54,907 nucleotides of DNA from an uncultured Anaerolineales bacterium (GCA_964448865.1 CAYUXO010000004.1:1-54907); one strand, 5' to 3'. Shown: positions 9,270 through 19,806, counted from the stretch's first letter. Program-made: numbers and translations. Notes: generated by a model from the letters alone, not told the origin.

Positions 9270-12200
9270 TGGAAAAGAGCACTGAACAAAACAACAAAAC
9301 CTGGCTGGATACCGCTGCCCTCTCCAATATCAACATATCCTGGGAAATGATCCTGTTTGGGATCATTTTGATCCTGGCAGTCCTGTCCCGTTTTTACGAC
9401 CTGGGAGCCCGGGTGATCAGCCATGATGAAACCTCCCATGTTTATTACGCCTGGAGGTTGTTTAAAGGTATGGGCTACAGCCATGATCCCATCACCCATG
9501 GTCCCTTCCAATTTCATTTCCTGGCCTTCGTTTATTTCCTATTGGGTGACAGCGATTATACTGCCAGGATTCCGGTAGCCATAACCAGTGTGATCACGAT
9601 CCTGTTTCTCTGGAAATACCGACGTTATCTTGGAAAATGGGGCACAATGGCAGCTGCCCTGATGTTTCTAATATCACCTTTTATGCTTTATTACGGCCGG
9701 TATGTACGCAATGAATCTTACGTAGCTTTATTTGGTGTAATAACCATCTGGGCCATACTGCGTTATCTGGAAACCAGCACTCCCAAATATCTGTACTGGC
9801 TGACCGGGGCGACAGTGCTTCACTTTGTAACTAAAGAAACTGCTTTCATTTACACCGCCCAGGCAATGATATTCCTCGGCCTGGTTTTCATCATAGATGT
9901 CATCAAGGATGAATGGGAAAACCCCTCGATCAAGAAACTTTTCATGGCAGGGATCATAGGAGCAGGCTTATTCCTGGGTCTCGGCTTACTGGCAGGAAGC
10001 TTGACACCTGAATTCCCCATCCCGGACCAGGCACCGGCCGGACCAAATCCAATGACCGCTATCCCCATGGTGCTCGCAGGATTATTATTATTGGGATCAC
10101 TGTTATCCGCCCTTTTTGGCTACACCTGGAAAAAACTTAAAGGGCTGCCTTCTTTCAGCGCCCTGCTGGTGCTGGGAACTCTGGTCTTGCCCCAGCTGGC
10201 TCCTTTCCCGGCAAATCTCCTTAATATCAATTCCCTCGATTATTCCACCGACGGGATGCTGAGAACCGGTGCAATCATCCTGATCCTGACAGCCATCGCA
10301 GTCTTCGCGGGTTTGTCATGGAACCGACGAGAATGGTTGATCAATGCTGCTATTTTTTATATACCTTTCGTCATTTTTTACACCACTGTTTTTACCAACG
10401 GCACCGGCTTTTTCACCGGGCTGGTGGGTTCACTGGGTTACTGGCTGGGACAGCAAGTTGTTGAACGGGGAAGCCAGCCCTGGTACTACTACTGGTTGAT
10501 ACAAATTCCGATCTATGAATACTTGCCTGCCCTGGGCGGCCTGGCCACAGTCATTGGCGTCGGTGTTAAAAAGCTTAAGAGGAAACCGGTACCAGAGATC
10601 GATCAGGCAATACCGGCAGAGCCAGCTGAGAAAAAAGCCCCTGTATTTGCTTTGTTGGCATTCTGGGCTCTCACCAGTTTGATCGCTTATCCACTCGCCG
10701 GGGAAAAGATGCCCTGGCTGACAGTACATATTGCCCTCCCCTTAATCCTGCTGGCTGCCTGGGGCTTCCAGCAAATGATGTTGAAATTTGACTGGAAACA
10801 CTTCAAAGATGAACGAGGCTGGCTGGTGTTAATTCTCATCCTGATATTCCTGGCAGGAATATTTGGCAGCCTTGGTTCACTGCTTTCCTCCAATCCGCCC
10901 TTCCAGGGACAGGATCTCCATCAGCTGCGGGCTTCAGGAAATTTCTTATCCGCACTGGTAGTCGCTGGAGTCACCGGATATCTGATCTGGTCCCAGGTAC
11001 GGGGCTGGAAACCTATCCAAGTCTGGATCTCTACTGCCCTGGCGATTTGCCTTGTGCTGGTTACTCTCACTTCACATGCTGCAGTTCAAGCTGCCTTTAT
11101 CAATTATGACAACCCTACAGAATACCTTGTTTATGCGCATGGCGGCAGGGGGATAAAGGAAGCCCTGGCCCAAATTGAGGAGCTTTCCTACCGGACCAGT
11201 GATGGCCTGGCTATGGAGGTTGCGTTCGATAATGAAACTACCTATCCTTACTGGTGGTACCTCAGAAATTATGAGAACCAGCGTTATTATGGTGAAAATC
11301 CCACCCGGGATTTACGCAACGCCCCGGTGATCCTGGTAGGAAATAATAACTACGCTAAACTTGAACCAATAGTTGGAAATGCCTATTATGAATTCACCTA
11401 TAACCGGATTGTCTGGCCCAACCAGGATTATTACAACCTGACCTGGGAACGAATAGGCAATGCCCTCAGTGACCCGGATATCAGGGAGGGAATTTTCAGG
11501 ATCTGGCTGATGCGGGATTACCAGAAGTACGCTCAAGCCACCGATAAAAGCATCAGTCTGGCGAATTGGAATCCGGCGGACCAGATGAAGCTGTATGTTC
11601 GCAAAGACGTTGCTGCCCGGGTCTGGAATTACGGCTCAATGGATCTGGTTTATGTTGACATCTCAGATCCATACGAAGGAAAAGAATTAACTCTTGAAGC
11701 GGATATCAGCCTGGATCAATTAGATCTGGTTTCACCCCGCAATCTGGAAATCGCACCTGATGGCTCTCTTTACCTGCTGGACACTGGCAACAACCAGGTT
11801 TTGCATCTCTCAGCGGAGGGTGAATTGCTCCATTCCTGGGGGGAATACGGGACTTCCGATACAGGCAGTGCACCTCCAGGAAGTTTTAATGAACCCTGGG
11901 GCATTGCCATCAGCAGCGATGGGTATGTCTTTATAGCTGATACCTGGAATCACAGAATTCAAAAATTCACGGCTGACGGGAAATACCTGACGAGTTGGGG
12001 ACAATTCGGTCAAATGGAAACTCCGGAATCCTTCTGGGGACCAAGAGATGTCGCAGTTGATGAAAACGGACATGTTTATGTATCTGATACTGGAAATAAA
12101 CGGATTGTAGTATTTGATGAGAAGGGCAATTTTATCTCGGAATTTGGTGAAATCGGTCTGGGTGAGGCTCAATTTGATGAACCATCCGGCCTGGCTTTGG

Positions 12201-12580
12201 ATCAGGAAGGCAATCTCTACGTTGCCGATACCTGGAATCAGCGCATCCAGGTATTTTCTCCGGATATTGATGGGATCGCGCAAAACTTCCTTAACCAGTG
12301 GGATGTGGAAGGCTGGTACGGTCAATCACTCGACAATAAACCCTATTTGAGCATCGGACCTGATGGCTTTGTTTATTCCAGTGATCCCGAACTTTCCAGA
12401 ATAATTGTCTTCACTCCCTTAGGAGAGGTTATCGCCGCCTGGGGAACCCAGGGGCCAGAAAGCTTTAATCTCAACTTCCCTACAGGTCTGGCAGTAGATG
12501 CTGAGGGGGGAATCTGGGTAGCTGATACCAAAAACAACCGGGTTCAATATTTCAGCAGCCCTTTCCAGACTGAGGAATAA
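9269..12580 (+). CDS. TIGR03663-like GT-C (PMT-like) membrane glycosyltransferase fused to a C-terminal NHL beta-propeller
   Basis: HDETSH and DPITHGPF loop motifs, RYVRNE, TKET, EKMPWL; many TM helices; about 6 NHL repeats (P.GIA...G..YVADTWNHRIQ.F). Confidence 0.8.
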   Translation: MEKSTEQNNKTWLDTAALSNINISWEMILFGIILILAVLSRFYDLGARVISHDETSHVYYAWRLFKGMGYSHDPITHGPFQFHFLAFVYFLLGDSDYTARIPVAITSVITILFLWKYRRYLGKWGTMAAALMFLISPFMLYYGRYVRNESYVALFGVITIWAILRYLETSTPKYLYWLTGATVLHFVTKETAFIYTAQAMIFLGLVFIIDVIKDEWENPSIKKLFMAGIIGAGLFLGLGLLAGSLTPEFPIPDQAPAGPNPMTAIPMVLAGLLLLGSLLSALFGYTWKKLKGLPSFSALLVLGTLVLPQLAPFPANLLNINSLDYSTDGMLRTGAIILILTAIAVFAGLSWNRREWLINAAIFYIPFVIFYTTVFTNGTGFFTGLVGSLGYWLGQQVVERGSQPWYYYWLIQIPIYEYLPALGGLATVIGVGVKKLKRKPVPEIDQAIPAEPAEKKAPVFALLAFWALTSLIAYPLAGEKMPWLTVHIALPLILLAAWGFQQMMLKFDWKHFKDERGWLVLILILIFLAGIFGSLGSLLSSNPPFQGQDLHQLRASGNFLSALVVAGVTGYLIWSQVRGWKPIQVWISTALAICLVLVTLTSHAAVQAAFINYDNPTEYLVYAHGGRGIKEALAQIEELSYRTSDGLAMEVAFDNETTYPYWWYLRNYENQRYYGENPTRDLRNAPVILVGNNNYAKLEPIVGNAYYEFTYNRIVWPNQDYYNLTWERIGNALSDPDIREGIFRIWLMRDYQKYAQATDKSISLANWNPADQMKLYVRKDVAARVWNYGSMDLVYVDISDPYEGKELTLEADISLDQLDLVSPRNLEIAPDGSLYLLDTGNNQVLHLSAEGELLHSWGEYGTSDTGSAPPGSFNEPWGIAISSDGYVFIADTWNHRIQKFTADGKYLTSWGQFGQMETPESFWGPRDVAVDENGHVYVSDTGNKRIVVFDEKGNFISEFGEIGLGEAQFDEPSGLALDQEGNLYVADTWNQRIQVFSPDIDGIAQNFLNQWDVEGWYGQSLDNKPYLSIGPDGFVYSSDPELSRIIVFTPLGEVIAAWGTQGPESFNLNFPTGLAVDAEGGIWVADTKNNRVQYFSSPFQTEE

Positions 12581-12683
12581 AGGTAAAAAATCCCTTTTTA
12601 TTCTTTCCATTAATCCGGAAAAACAAGTAAGAATTTGTTCTCTGAACTCATCTTAACTCAAATATATAGTTGAGGATTGAAAC

Positions 12684-13670
12684 ATGCCTGGAGAAGCCAT
12701 GTCTAATAACTTTGGATCTGAAATCACTCCCAGAAAAACGTACGCCACCAGAAAAGTATTTCTGAAAGCAATGGGTGTTGCCGGAGTCAGTGCCGCTGTG
12801 CTGGCTGCCTGCCAGAATAAACCCTTCCTGGCTGGAGAGGATATACCTGCTGGAAGTGAGGGAGCAATAGACTCGGGTGCAGCGCCGACAGCATCCGGGC
12901 AGGTTGATGAATTGGGAGATGCGCTGACATCTTATGATGACGTCATCAGCTACAACAATTTTTATGAATTCACCACTGATAAAGAAGGCGTTGCCAGGTT
13001 GGCGAAAGATTTTCAGACCTCCCCCTGGGAAGTTAAGATCGGCGGCCTGGTTGAAAATCCCCTAACTTTATCCATGGATGAGATCCGTGGACGCTATACC
13101 ACTGAAGAACGCATATATCGAATGCGCTGCGTGGAAGGATGGTCCATGGTGATTCCCTGGCAGGGATTTCCGCTGGCAAATTTATTGGAGGATGTGAAAC
13201 CTACTTTAGCCGCAAAATATGTCCGATTTGAATCCATCTATGATCCCAAACAGCTTCCCGGCCAAAGCAATCGATTTTATCCCTGGCCATATATTGAAGG
13301 ACTGCGCCTGGATGAGGCCTATCACGATCTTGCCCTGATAGCCACAGGTCTTTACGGTGAAAATTTACTGCCTCAGAGCGGCGCTCCTATTCGGCTGGTA
13401 GTACCCTGGAAATATGGCTTTAAGAGTATTAAATCGATCGTTAAAATAGACCTGGTGAAAGAAATACCGGAATCATTGTGGATGGAATCTGCTCCTAACG
13501 AATACGGCTTTTTCGCCAATGTAAACCCAGAAGTGGATCATCCCCGCTGGTCCCAGGCAACTGAACGGCGCATCGGAGAATTTTCCCGCCGGCCCAGCCT
13601 GAAATTTAATGGCTATGAAAAAGAGGTAGGATCACTGTATGAAGGCATGGATCTCGCAGAATATTTCTAA
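12684..13670 (+). CDS. msrP: Protein-methionine-sulfoxide reductase catalytic subunit MsrP
   Basis: [46 protein letters not shown]. Confidence 0.95.
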   Translation: MPGEAMSNNFGSEITPRKTYATRKVFLKAMGVAGVSAAVLAACQNKPFLAGEDIPAGSEGAIDSGAAPTASGQVDELGDALTSYDDVISYNNFYEFTTDKEGVARLAKDFQTSPWEVKIGGLVENPLTLSMDEIRGRYTTEERIYRMRCVEGWSMVIPWQGFPLANLLEDVKPTLAAKYVRFESIYDPKQLPGQSNRFYPWPYIEGLRLDEAYHDLALIATGLYGENLLPQSGAPIRLVVPWKYGFKSIKSIVKIDLVKEIPESLWMESAPNEYGFFANVNPEVDHPRWSQATERRIGEFSRRPSLKFNGYEKEVGSLYEGMDLAEYF

Positions 13671-14283
13671 ACCCTGGAAAAAATATAGAAGGAATCTGGC
13701 ATCCATACTCCACCCACTCTCTCATGCGGGCGCTCTGGTGCCTCTAATTATCGGTTTATGGGATTTTTGGCAGGACAATCTTGGTGCAAATCCGATCCTG
13801 GAAATCACTCAACGGACAGGTAAAACAGCTATCACCCTGCTGCTGTTATCTCTGGCTATCTCACCCCTAAGACAGCTTCTCAATTGGCCGCAAGTAAATA
13901 AACTTCGCCGGCCATTGGGCTTATATGCTGGGTTTTATGCCTTAATCCATTTTTTGATCTTCATCTGGCTGGATTATGGTTTCCAGTGGGAGCTAATCTT
14001 GAAGTATTTTCTGACCAATAAGTTTATTTTGCTCGGATTCACTACCGGATTAATTTTGCTGACACTATCGATAACATCCTTGAATATATTCCTTAAAAAG
14101 ATGGGTAAACGCTGGAAACAGCTCCACAGATTGGTTTATGGAGCCGGAATTTTGTCTGCGCTGCATTATATCCTGGCAGTAAAGCCGGGAGTTCTCAGGC
14201 CCTGGCCATATGTGATTATCATGTCAATTTTGCTTTTATTCCGGCTTCCGCCGGTCCGGGCCTGGGTAAAAACGACGTTCTAG
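13639..14283 (+). CDS. msrQ: Heme-binding membrane subunit MsrQ
   Basis: [23 protein letters not shown]...LH; directly follows msrP. Confidence 0.92.
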   Translation: MKAWISQNISKPWKKYRRNLASILHPLSHAGALVPLIIGLWDFWQDNLGANPILEITQRTGKTAITLLLLSLAISPLRQLLNWPQVNKLRRPLGLYAGFYALIHFLIFIWLDYGFQWELILKYFLTNKFILLGFTTGLILLTLSITSLNIFLKKMGKRWKQLHRLVYGAGILSALHYILAVKPGVLRPWPYVIIMSILLLFRLPPVRAWVKTTF

Positions 14284-14388
14284 GTACTCCAAATATACCA
14301 AATTATTAACCCGGGCTTTTTTCGTCACTATTTTAACAGGATGCTCATCACTATTCCTTTTTGGGACTCTAAAAAGGATTTTTTCACA

Positions 14389-14397
14389 TGGTATAAT
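14389..14397 (+). promoter_or_regulatory. Extended -10 promoter for sucCD
   Basis: TGGTATAAT ~55 nt upstream of the sucC start. Confidence 0.55.
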
Positions 14398-14450
14398 TTC
14401 GGCGCAATTGGATTTTTACACCCAATTCGATTCCGGGAGCTGATTGACAT

Positions 14451-15584
14451 ATGAAACTTCATGAGTTTTATTCTAAAAAGATCTTCAAAAAATATGGAAT
14501 CCCCATCCCCGAAGGCGAACTAGCCAAAACTCCAGCTGAAGCCCAAAAAATTGCCAAAAAACTGAATGGACCTGTGGTCATAAAATCCCAGGTTCTGGTT
14601 GGCGGACGTGGTAAAGCTGGTGGGATCAAAGTAGCCCAAACAGCCGAGGAAGCCGCTCAGCATGCTGAAGAAATCCTGGCACTGACCATCAAAGGCTTAC
14701 CGGTCCGTATGGTGTTGGTGGATCAAGCAGCAGATATCAAGACAGAAATTTACCTGGGCATCACTAATGACCGCTCAGCCAGAAAACCTGTGATCATGGC
14801 ATCTGCAGCCGGCGGCGTTGATATTGAAGAGGTCGCCCACAAGACTCCCGAAAAGATCATCAAGTGCCATATTGATCCTCTGATGGGACTGCAAAGTTAT
14901 CAATCCCGGGATCTGGCAGCAGGAATAGACCTGCCGCGTGAACACTGGCGCGCATTTGGGAAAATAGCCTCTGGCTTATGGCAGGCCTACAGCGGCAGCG
15001 ATGCCACCCTGGCAGAAATAAACCCCCTGGTTGTAACCGGAGATGGAGAACTGCTGGCTGTCGATGGAAAAATGGTCCTTGACGACAATGCCCTTTTCCG
15101 GCATCCTGATTTAGAAGAACTCAGGGATCTTGACGTTGATCAGGAAGCTGAAATTCAAGCCCGTGAGCACGGTTTGTCATTTATTAAATTAGGCGGGGAT
15201 ATTGGCTGCATGGTAAATGGTGCCGGCCTGGCAATGACTACCATGGATATCATCAAGCTATTTGGTGGTGAGCCGGCTAATTTCCTGGATATCGGCGGAG
15301 GGGCAAGCGCGGAAAAGGTTGCAGCTGCCCTGGAGATCATTCTCACAGACCCCAGTGTCAAAGCGGTTCTTTTTAACATATTTGGCGGTATCACTCGCTG
15401 TGACCTGGTTGCCAAAGGAATCCTGGAGGCTCTGGATAAAGTCAAGACCGATGTCCCCATGATTGTCAGGCTGGTTGGAACCAATGCGGCTGAAGGACGT
15501 CAGCTGCTCAAAGATGCCCAGATGGAAACCGCTGACACTTTAGCGGAAGCTGCCAAACTTGCAGTAGCGGCAGCCAAGGCGTGA
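14451..15584 (+). CDS. sucC: Succinyl-CoA ligase beta subunit
   Basis: [48 protein letters not shown]. Confidence 0.95.
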   Translation: MKLHEFYSKKIFKKYGIPIPEGELAKTPAEAQKIAKKLNGPVVIKSQVLVGGRGKAGGIKVAQTAEEAAQHAEEILALTIKGLPVRMVLVDQAADIKTEIYLGITNDRSARKPVIMASAAGGVDIEEVAHKTPEKIIKCHIDPLMGLQSYQSRDLAAGIDLPREHWRAFGKIASGLWQAYSGSDATLAEINPLVVTGDGELLAVDGKMVLDDNALFRHPDLEELRDLDVDQEAEIQAREHGLSFIKLGGDIGCMVNGAGLAMTTMDIIKLFGGEPANFLDIGGGASAEKVAAALEIILTDPSVKAVLFNIFGGITRCDLVAKGILEALDKVKTDVPMIVRLVGTNAAEGRQLLKDAQMETADTLAEAAKLAVAAAKA

Positions 15585-15608
15585 AATGAATGATATTGGG
15601 AGATATTC

Positions 15609-16469
15609 ATGAGTATTTTAGTGAATCAGAATACCCGTTTATTAGTCCAGGGAATTACCGGGCAGGAAGGTTTATTCCACACGGAAAAAATGCTTTCCTA
15701 TGGAACCCGGGTGGTAGCTGGTGTAACTCCTGGCAAGGGCGGTGAATGGGTATTGAACGGCAAGATCCCTGTATTTGATTCTGTAAAAATTGGACGAATT
15801 GCTACCGGTGCCAATACTTCTGTAATCTTTGTTCCGGCCCGCTTCGCCGCTGATGCTATGTTCGAAGCTGCTGACGCTGGTATCGAATTGATCATCTGCA
15901 TCACTGAGGGTGTTCCTGTCGCTGATATGATGCGGGTAAGAACTTACCTGGACCAAAAAGACGTTCGACTGGTTGGGCCCAACTGCCCGGGTTTGCTGAC
16001 CCCTGGAGAAGCCAAGGTTGGCATTATCCCCGGGAATATAGCCATCCCCGGTAAAATCGGCGTTGTCTCCCGCTCTGGAACGCTCACCTATGAAGTTCTT
16101 TACGCCCTCAAGAACCTGAGTATGGGCGTATCAACTTGTGTGGGTATAGGGGGAGATCCCGTGAATGGAACCAACTTCATTGATACTCTGGAAATGTTCC
16201 AGGAGGATCCAGGGACCGAGAAGATCGTTCTGATCGGAGAAATCGGGGGCACTGACGAGGAACAAGCAGCGGAATATATTTCCCAGCATGTCACCAAACC
16301 AGTGGTTTCGTTCATCGCCGGCCGGACTGCGCCTCCGGGTAAACGTATGGGGCACGCCGGCGCCATTGTCCAGGGGGGCACAGGATTGGCGGAGGATAAA
16401 ATCAAAGCCCTGAAAAATGCCGGGGTCAAGGTTGCCCAGCATCCTGAAGAAATACCTGAATTGTTGTAG
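15609..16469 (+). CDS. sucD: Succinyl-CoA ligase alpha subunit
   Basis: [21 protein letters not shown], phospho-His motif MGHAGA. Confidence 0.96.
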   Translation: MSILVNQNTRLLVQGITGQEGLFHTEKMLSYGTRVVAGVTPGKGGEWVLNGKIPVFDSVKIGRIATGANTSVIFVPARFAADAMFEAADAGIELIICITEGVPVADMMRVRTYLDQKDVRLVGPNCPGLLTPGEAKVGIIPGNIAIPGKIGVVSRSGTLTYEVLYALKNLSMGVSTCVGIGGDPVNGTNFIDTLEMFQEDPGTEKIVLIGEIGGTDEEQAAEYISQHVTKPVVSFIAGRTAPPGKRMGHAGAIVQGGTGLAEDKIKALKNAGVKVAQHPEEIPELL

Positions 16470-16473
16470 AAGA

Positions 16474-16530
16474 ATATATTCCGACTGAAGTCATAGAATT
16501 AGCTTTGCTGAGCGTCCCTCTAGGGACGCT
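16474..16530 (+). repeat. Bipartite REP-like unit 1; its second hairpin probably doubles as the sucCD terminator
   Basis: ATATATTCCGACTGAAGTC...GCTGAGCGTCCCTCTAGGGACGCT followed by a T-run; first 41 nt match 17051-17091 at 36/41. Confidence 0.75.
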
Positions 16531-16948
16531 TTTTTTTATTGGATATTTCTTCTAATCTCATGTCTAGATCACCAAAATTGTGATGCAGTTTTTGTTTCCT
16601 GACATACATAATGACTTTCTCTGTATCCCACCTACTTACGGTAAATGTTCCATAACCAATTTGCCACTTAAAATGATCATCCATCAGACAGTTCTGGTTG
16701 ATGAATCTAGAAGACACACCTTTACCTTTTTTCACTAGCTCTGCTATTGTGACGGTTGTAGAGAACTTAAGAAACAAATGAACATGATCGGGCATGCCAT
16801 TAATGGCCAGAGTTTTGCATCCAAGTTGATGAACCTGATCAACAATATTGCGATAGACCCGGCGCTCAATATTTGGTGTAATCCAATACTCTCTATCCCA
16901 GGTTGCCCAAACAAGATGGAGATATAAAGCAAACTTCTTGACCCCCAT
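16520..16948 (-). mobile_element. tnpA: Y1 (HUH) transposase, IS200/IS605 TnpA or REP-associated RAYT type
   Basis: HLVWAT, MPDHVH (HUH), KG.SS, WQ.GY, catalytic Y...Q..HH; AT-rich; no tnpB nearby. Confidence 0.88.
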
Positions 16949-16997
16949 AAATACCCCATTTATTAATTATATAACGTCATTTAGAAAGAAAATCAAT

Positions 16998-17091
16998 ACG
17001 TCGACGAAGGTCGACGTTCGGCTCTGCCAGCCGGGACGATTTTAATCGGTATATATTCTGACTTAAGTCGTAAAACTAGCTTTGCTGAGCG
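16998..17091. repeat. Back-to-back pair of REP-like units (inverted copy 16998-17056, direct copy 17051-17091)
   Basis: ACGTCGAC-GAAG-GTCGACGT, CGATTTTAATCG and GACTTAAGTC hairpins; both units align to 16474-16530 and share ATATAT. Confidence 0.7.
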
Positions 17092-17100
17092 CCACCCCAT

Positions 17101-17183
17101 TTCGGCTGCGCTCAATGAGTTGAGACAGATATTCTGGAAAATAACATCAACTCTCAGAGCGGAGGCCAAAGGCCGCAGTCGAA
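17101..17183. repeat. Long imperfect palindrome (TTCGGCTGCGCTC...GAGCG..CGCAGTCGAA)
   Basis: Complementary ends plus an inner GAGTTGA/TCAACTC stem. Confidence 0.6.
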
Positions 17184-17259
17184 GAGCTTATCCCTAATCT
17201 GACGAGGGGACAATCTTAATCGGTTAGGATTCAATAATAAATGAATTATAAGAACAAAC

Positions 17260-17292
17260 AAAAAAGCCCGCCAGGAATTAGGCAGGCTTTTT
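17260..17292 (-). terminator. Intrinsic terminator of acpP (bidirectional)
   Basis: AAAAAAGCCCGCC-loop-GGCAGGCTTTTT. Confidence 0.75.
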
Positions 17293-17312
17293 GTATTGTT
17301 ACCTGATTTTAT

Positions 17313-17546
17313 TTACATTTTCTCATCCAGGAAAGTCACAGCATCGCCAACAGTGGTGATTTTCTGAGCATCCTCATCGGAGATTTCTCCCCCAAACGTA
17401 TCCTCGAATTCCATGATCATTTCGACCAGATCGAGGGAATCGGCTTCCAAATCTTCCCTGAAGCGAGCTTCCTTGGTCACTTTGGCTGGATCTACTGCCA
17501 GCAAATCTACAATAATTGTCTTAACCTGCTCAAATGTGTCGGCCAT
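17313..17546 (-). CDS. acpP: Acyl carrier protein
   Basis: 77 aa, acidic; DLEADSLD phosphopantetheine Ser motif; ISDEDA.KI.TVGDA. Confidence 0.95.
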   Translation of the reverse strand: MADTFEQVKTIIVDLLAVDPAKVTKEARFREDLEADSLDLVEMIMEFEDTFGGEISDEDAQKITTVGDAVTFLDEKM

Positions 17547-17638
17547 TCTGGATCCTCCTTGAGAACAATTTCATGACTTCTATGACATCTTAATAAACAG
17601 TTTTTTATGAGTTTGGTTTCGTTTATCGATGTGTGAGT

Positions 17639-17722
17639 ATTGTAACCTCAGGGGACAAGTTGTCAAGGTTCAGGCAGGGCAAGCTAGATTTTGTTGACAG
17701 GGGTGTACCAGACTGTTACCAT
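17639..17722. promoter_or_regulatory. Divergent sigma70 promoters for acpP and fni
   Basis: Minus strand TTGACA-16-TACAAT (17666-17639); plus strand TTGACA-17-TACCAT with TGn (17694-17722). Confidence 0.65.
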
Positions 17723-17743
17723 ACCTTAAGCCGAAGGATATCT

Positions 17744-18775
17744 ATGCCCAAGCAAACCCCCTCCACCAGCGCCAGAAAAGAAGACCACATCCGGATTAAT
17801 TTAGATCAGGATGTGCGATCGGGGTTAAGCACCGGGTTGGACCGCTACCGGTTCATTCATCAGGCTCTACCAGAATTGAATCTGGAAGATATAAAGCTGG
17901 ATCTGAACCTTTTCGGAAAGAAGATCTCAGCTCCCCTTTTTATATCCTCCATGACTGGCGGGACAGAAAGCGCCAGACACATTAACCAGAACCTGGCCCT
18001 GGCCGCCCAGAATACCGGGATCCCCATGGGATTGGGATCACAGCGGGCTGCAATTGAAAAAGCTGAACTTGCTGATACTTTCCAGATTCGGGAATTTGCC
18101 CCGGATATTACCCTTTTTGCTAACCTGGGAGCTATCCAGCTCAATTACGGATTATCCGCAGCTGACTGTCAGAGCGCTGTTGACATGGTTGATGCTGATG
18201 CCCTGATACTGCATCTGAATCCGCTTATGGAAGCCGTCATGGCAGAAGGAGATACCCGCTTTAGCGGATTGATAGGAAAAATTGGTGAAGTTTGCCATCA
18301 ACTGGAAGTTCCTGTCATCGTCAAAGAGGTTGGCTGGGGAATTTCCGGACAGGCAGCTGAGATGTTGGCAGAAGCTGGAGTCGCCGCGATAGATGTTGCC
18401 GGAGCCGGAGGAACTTCCTGGACTGAGGTGGAAATGCACCGGGCAAAAAATAACCATGGGAGCCAGATCGCCTCAACTTTTGTGAATTGGGGAATACCCA
18501 CTGCAGAAAGCATCCAGATAGTAAGAGAAACGCTGCCTGATATGCCTATCCTGGCGTCTGGCGGATTAAGAAATGGCCTGGATATAAGCAAAACAATAGC
18601 TCTCGGAGCTTCCATGGGCGGCCTGGCTGGTCCTTTCCTGAAAGCTGCCGCAATCTCAGCAGATGCTGTGGTTGCTGAGATCAATCGTATCAAACGAGAA
18701 ATTCAGATCAGCATGTTCGGGGCTGGTGCGGGGGATTTGAAAGCCCTGGCTGAAATCCATTTACACAAAGAATAA
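17744..18775 (+). CDS. fni: Type 2 isopentenyl-diphosphate delta-isomerase
   Basis: RK.DHI, SSMTGG, GSQR, ANLG, HLN, VKEVGWG, GAGGTSW, SGGLRNG. Confidence 0.93.
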   Translation: MPKQTPSTSARKEDHIRINLDQDVRSGLSTGLDRYRFIHQALPELNLEDIKLDLNLFGKKISAPLFISSMTGGTESARHINQNLALAAQNTGIPMGLGSQRAAIEKAELADTFQIREFAPDITLFANLGAIQLNYGLSAADCQSAVDMVDADALILHLNPLMEAVMAEGDTRFSGLIGKIGEVCHQLEVPVIVKEVGWGISGQAAEMLAEAGVAAIDVAGAGGTSWTEVEMHRAKNNHGSQIASTFVNWGIPTAESIQIVRETLPDMPILASGGLRNGLDISKTIALGASMGGLAGPFLKAAAISADAVVAEINRIKREIQISMFGAGAGDLKALAEIHLHKE

Positions 18776-18780
18776 TACCC

Positions 18781-19806
18781 ATGAGCGAATCCACCGGATT
18801 TTCATCCTTTGCTGATTTGGCTAAACCAGCTCTGCGAGAGCAGCTCAAACAGGCGGTCTCTTTATCTGCAGAACACGGTACCCCAGAACTGCAGGATATG
18901 ATCACCTACCAGCTGGGCTGGACTGGTGAAAACGCCGGACCCAAGGCGGAAGGCAAACAAATTCGCCCCCTTTTGGTACTGCTGGCAGCTGAAGCAGGCG
19001 GCGGGGATTGGAAAAAAGCCCTGCCGGCAGCGGCAGCAGTGGAACTAATACATAACTTCTCCCTGATCCACGACGATATTGAAGATCAGGGCGAAATACG
19101 CCGGGGAAGGCCAACTGTCTGGAAGATCTGGGGCCAAGCCCAGGCCATCAATACCGGTGATACCATATTCGCCCTGGCAAATATCGCCTTGACGGACCTG
19201 GAAAACACCTTATCCCCTGAGAAAGCTCTTGAAGCAGGAAAGTTATTTCATGCCACCTGTTTACGATTAACCCAAGGACAGCATCTGGATATCGCTTTTG
19301 AATCCCTGGATGAGGTCGAGTTGGAAAAATATTGGCAGATGGTAGGAGGAAAAACAGCTGCCCTGCTGGCTTTCAGCCTGGAGGCGGGCGCTATATGTGC
19401 TGGTGTGTCCCCTGAAACCCAATCGAATTACCGCGATTTTGGTCACTACCTGGGTTTGGCATTCCAGGTCCAGGATGACATCCTGGGAATATGGGGAGAC
19501 GAGGAAATCATCGGAAAATCCAGCACCGGGGACCTGGTAGTGCGCAAAAAGACCCTGCCTGTGCTCTTTGGATTGGGTCAGAAAAAAGCCTTCTATGAAG
19601 CCTGGATGGCGGGACCAATTACGCCTGAAGTGGCTGTAGGATTAGGTCAGGTGCTCGAAGCAGAAGGGGGACGTGCCTACGCGCAAAGTACTGCCGACCG
19701 GCTGACTGACCTGGCATTAACCGCCCTTGAGAGCGCCCAACCCCAGGGAAATGCTGGCGAAATCCTGCGGGAATTAGCAAAAAGATTGCTCAACCGGGAG
19801 GAATAA
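18781..19806 (+). CDS. Short-chain polyprenyl (FPP/GGPP) diphosphate synthase
   Basis: GK.IRP, HNFSLIHDDIED..RRG, GQ.LD, KTA, FQVQDDILG. Confidence 0.9.
   Translation: MSESTGFSSFADLAKPALREQLKQAVSLSAEHGTPELQDMITYQLGWTGENAGPKAEGKQIRPLLVLLAAEAGGGDWKKALPAAAAVELIHNFSLIHDDIEDQGEIRRGRPTVWKIWGQAQAINTGDTIFALANIALTDLENTLSPEKALEAGKLFHATCLRLTQGQHLDIAFESLDEVELEKYWQMVGGKTAALLAFSLEAGAICAGVSPETQSNYRDFGHYLGLAFQVQDDILGIWGDEEIIGKSSTGDLVVRKKTLPVLFGLGQKKAFYEAWMAGPITPEVAVGLGQVLEAEGGRAYAQSTADRLTDLALTALESAQPQGNAGEILRELAKRLLNREE

Noticed and set aside
17199-17250. Hammerhead ribozyme (CUGACGAG; also CUGAUGA near 21076)
   Set aside because: No properly placed GAAA core or supporting stems
16950-17310. tnpB/omegaRNA partner of tnpA
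   Set aside because: No ORF or RuvC remnant; the space is filled by short palindromes
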